Source: the human T2T-CHM13v2.0 reference genome, Homo sapiens. From it: a DNA stretch of 64,000 nt. Where the stretch lies: NCBI RefSeq assembly GCF_009914755.1, contig NC_060930.1. One strand, 5' to 3'. The notes beneath the pieces were generated by a model, which saw only the letters and a list, made by a program, of their open reading frames with translations, was not told where the DNA came from and ran no database searches. A program made the position numbers and the translations under genes. Positions 62,427-64,000 of the stretch are shown here, piece by piece. The first letter of the stretch is position 1. Each line of letters opens with the position of its first letter.

Positions 62427-63366
62427 ACTAAGGTCATGCAAGCCCAAGCAGACTTTTGATTGAGTGTATTTAATGGCAGCTTTACATTAAGCCACATGAT
62501 GTGGCAACAACTGAGATTTGATGATGCTTGTACTTGGCTGGCATATGGAAGACAAAACATGACCTATGTTAGTGGCTTGCCCCAGGGTCACCCAGCAGGA
62601 CAGGGGAAGATAACTGAACTCTAGACCTGAAAATCCGTGAAATTTTAGTCATATACATGACAGCATTGTGTATTCCATAAAGTACTATATAAATATTGTT
62701 CATATATTCTACTCAAGTAGCAGTGAAAAATCTCTACATTATTCATTTATTTTGTTAATTTAACAAATATTTACCATGATCTTACAGTGTACTTGACACA
62801 ATTTGAGAATAATTTTTTTGGTCAATCCTCTCAAAACATAGACTGTATCTTTATCTCTGTATGTTTCTTATTCAGGGGAATGATGTAAAAATGCATAGAA
62901 TCACTTTTTAGAAGTTTATATTCCATGACATACTACCCCATTATGTATCAAATGCTCCTTACTATGCATGAGTAGGGTAGCCAGGAAACGTGTATTTGGA
63001 AAATTTTCCTAAGTGATTTTGGCATATTCTCTTGATTTAGAATCACTGATATGTACCACTAATATGCTCAGTAAAAATGAAGATTAGATGGGATGGGTGA
63101 TAATTTTATAAGTCAAAATTAATGTGAATATCACTGAATTGGACCTCTCTTTCAAAACTCATGTACAGATATTGCAAGGATAAATAAATATTGGCAATAT
63201 TATTATTAGAAAGTTGCTGTGCCTCAGGGCTCAGCCTGGTTACTCTGTGAATCACTGCTATTTCCTCTGCTCTTCTACAGAGTCATTTGTCCAGGATGAG
63301 AACAGTCTGCCCGTGCCAAGAAAATAGTTGGTTGTTGTGAAAAAACAGGAAGCTTATAGCCAAAGG

Positions 63367-63413
63367 AGGCAAAATATAATGGTGGTGTGGACTCTACTGG
63401 TGGCAACTGAGAT
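63367..63413 (+). repeat. 47-bp dispersed direct repeat, copy 2
   Basis: AGGCAAAATATAATGGTGGTGTGGACTCTACTGGTGGCAACTGAGAT; 45/47 identical to 61180-61226. Confidence 0.95.
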
Positions 63414-63689
63414 CGGTACCCACTGGCTACTGCACTAGTGTGAGAAGGAAGATATTAAATAAAAGAAAAAGATAATGCCTAGGACCTTGGGCAAAGCATG
63501 CAGTGAATTAATGTGTATTTAGTGGAAAATGATAATGGTGAATAAATGAATGCACTCATGTATTATTTGTATAACAAATCTTAAACATTATTAATGTGGG
63601 TAAAAGTTCAGGAGTCAGAATGAAGCCATCAGGCAAGGGGGACATTGAATATATAGTCTGATTTGAAAAGCATATTTGGCCAATGAGTT

Positions 63690-64000
63690 GGAGGAATACA
63701 AACCTGTGAAAGGCAGTTGAGGCCAGTTTATGAATGTCCTTGAAGTCCAGCTTTGATAAATGGATTTTACTCTGAAGGGAGACACCAAAGTATCTGAACA
63801 TGGAGCTATCTAGTTGAAAGGAAAGTTTCAGGATAATGAATTTTTCAGGAATATGCATGATGGATGAGCGTACGGCATTCCTGGAGAAAAAGGGACCAAT
63901 TAGTAGATGATTAAAATAGATGAGACATGGCTAATAATAGTAAGAATAATGGCAATGACTCCAGAAAAAATGGATGAGAGAGACATTTGAAAGAAGAAAC
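63690..64000 (-). mobile_element. LINE-2 fragment (degenerate)
   Basis: gaggccagtttatgaatgtccttgaag...tggattttactctgaaggg...gggaccaattagtagatgatta...gagagacatttgaaagaagaa. Confidence 0.55.

Overview
AT-rich, CpG-poor vertebrate genomic DNA from a simian primate, most likely human or great ape. The evidence is AluJ/S/Y, THE1, MST and L1PA on top of mammalian-wide MIR, L2, L1M and MLT/MER repeats. Roughly half the window is recognisable interspersed repeat: 16 Alu pieces, about 10 L1 pieces, several solo LTRs with intact target-site duplications (TSDs), a two-LTR MST provirus, and hAT MITEs. No supplied ORF looks like a genuine gene; most with any homology are Alu, L1 or LTR read-throughs. LTRs and Alus lie mostly on the minus strand, which suggests a large intron of a plus-strand gene that I could not name. 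Best leads: (1) a candidate 81-nt frame-preserving cassette exon at 52175-52255 with a GTGAGT donor and a downstream RBFOX motif; (2) a 47-bp, 45/47-identical tract shared by two ancient L2-like copies 2.2 kb apart, a likely ectopic gene conversion or templated copy; (3) a 46-bp fold-back inverted repeat at an L2 junction (2039-2169); (4) a near-pristine AluY with a 23-bp internal deletion; (5) a twin-primed inverted L1PA nested in an Alu monomer; (6) several unique, motif-dense enhancer-like blocks. I found no CRISPR array, RNA gene or demonstrably new biological system. Repeat subfamily names come from recalled consensus sequences, and boundaries of old repeats are approximate.
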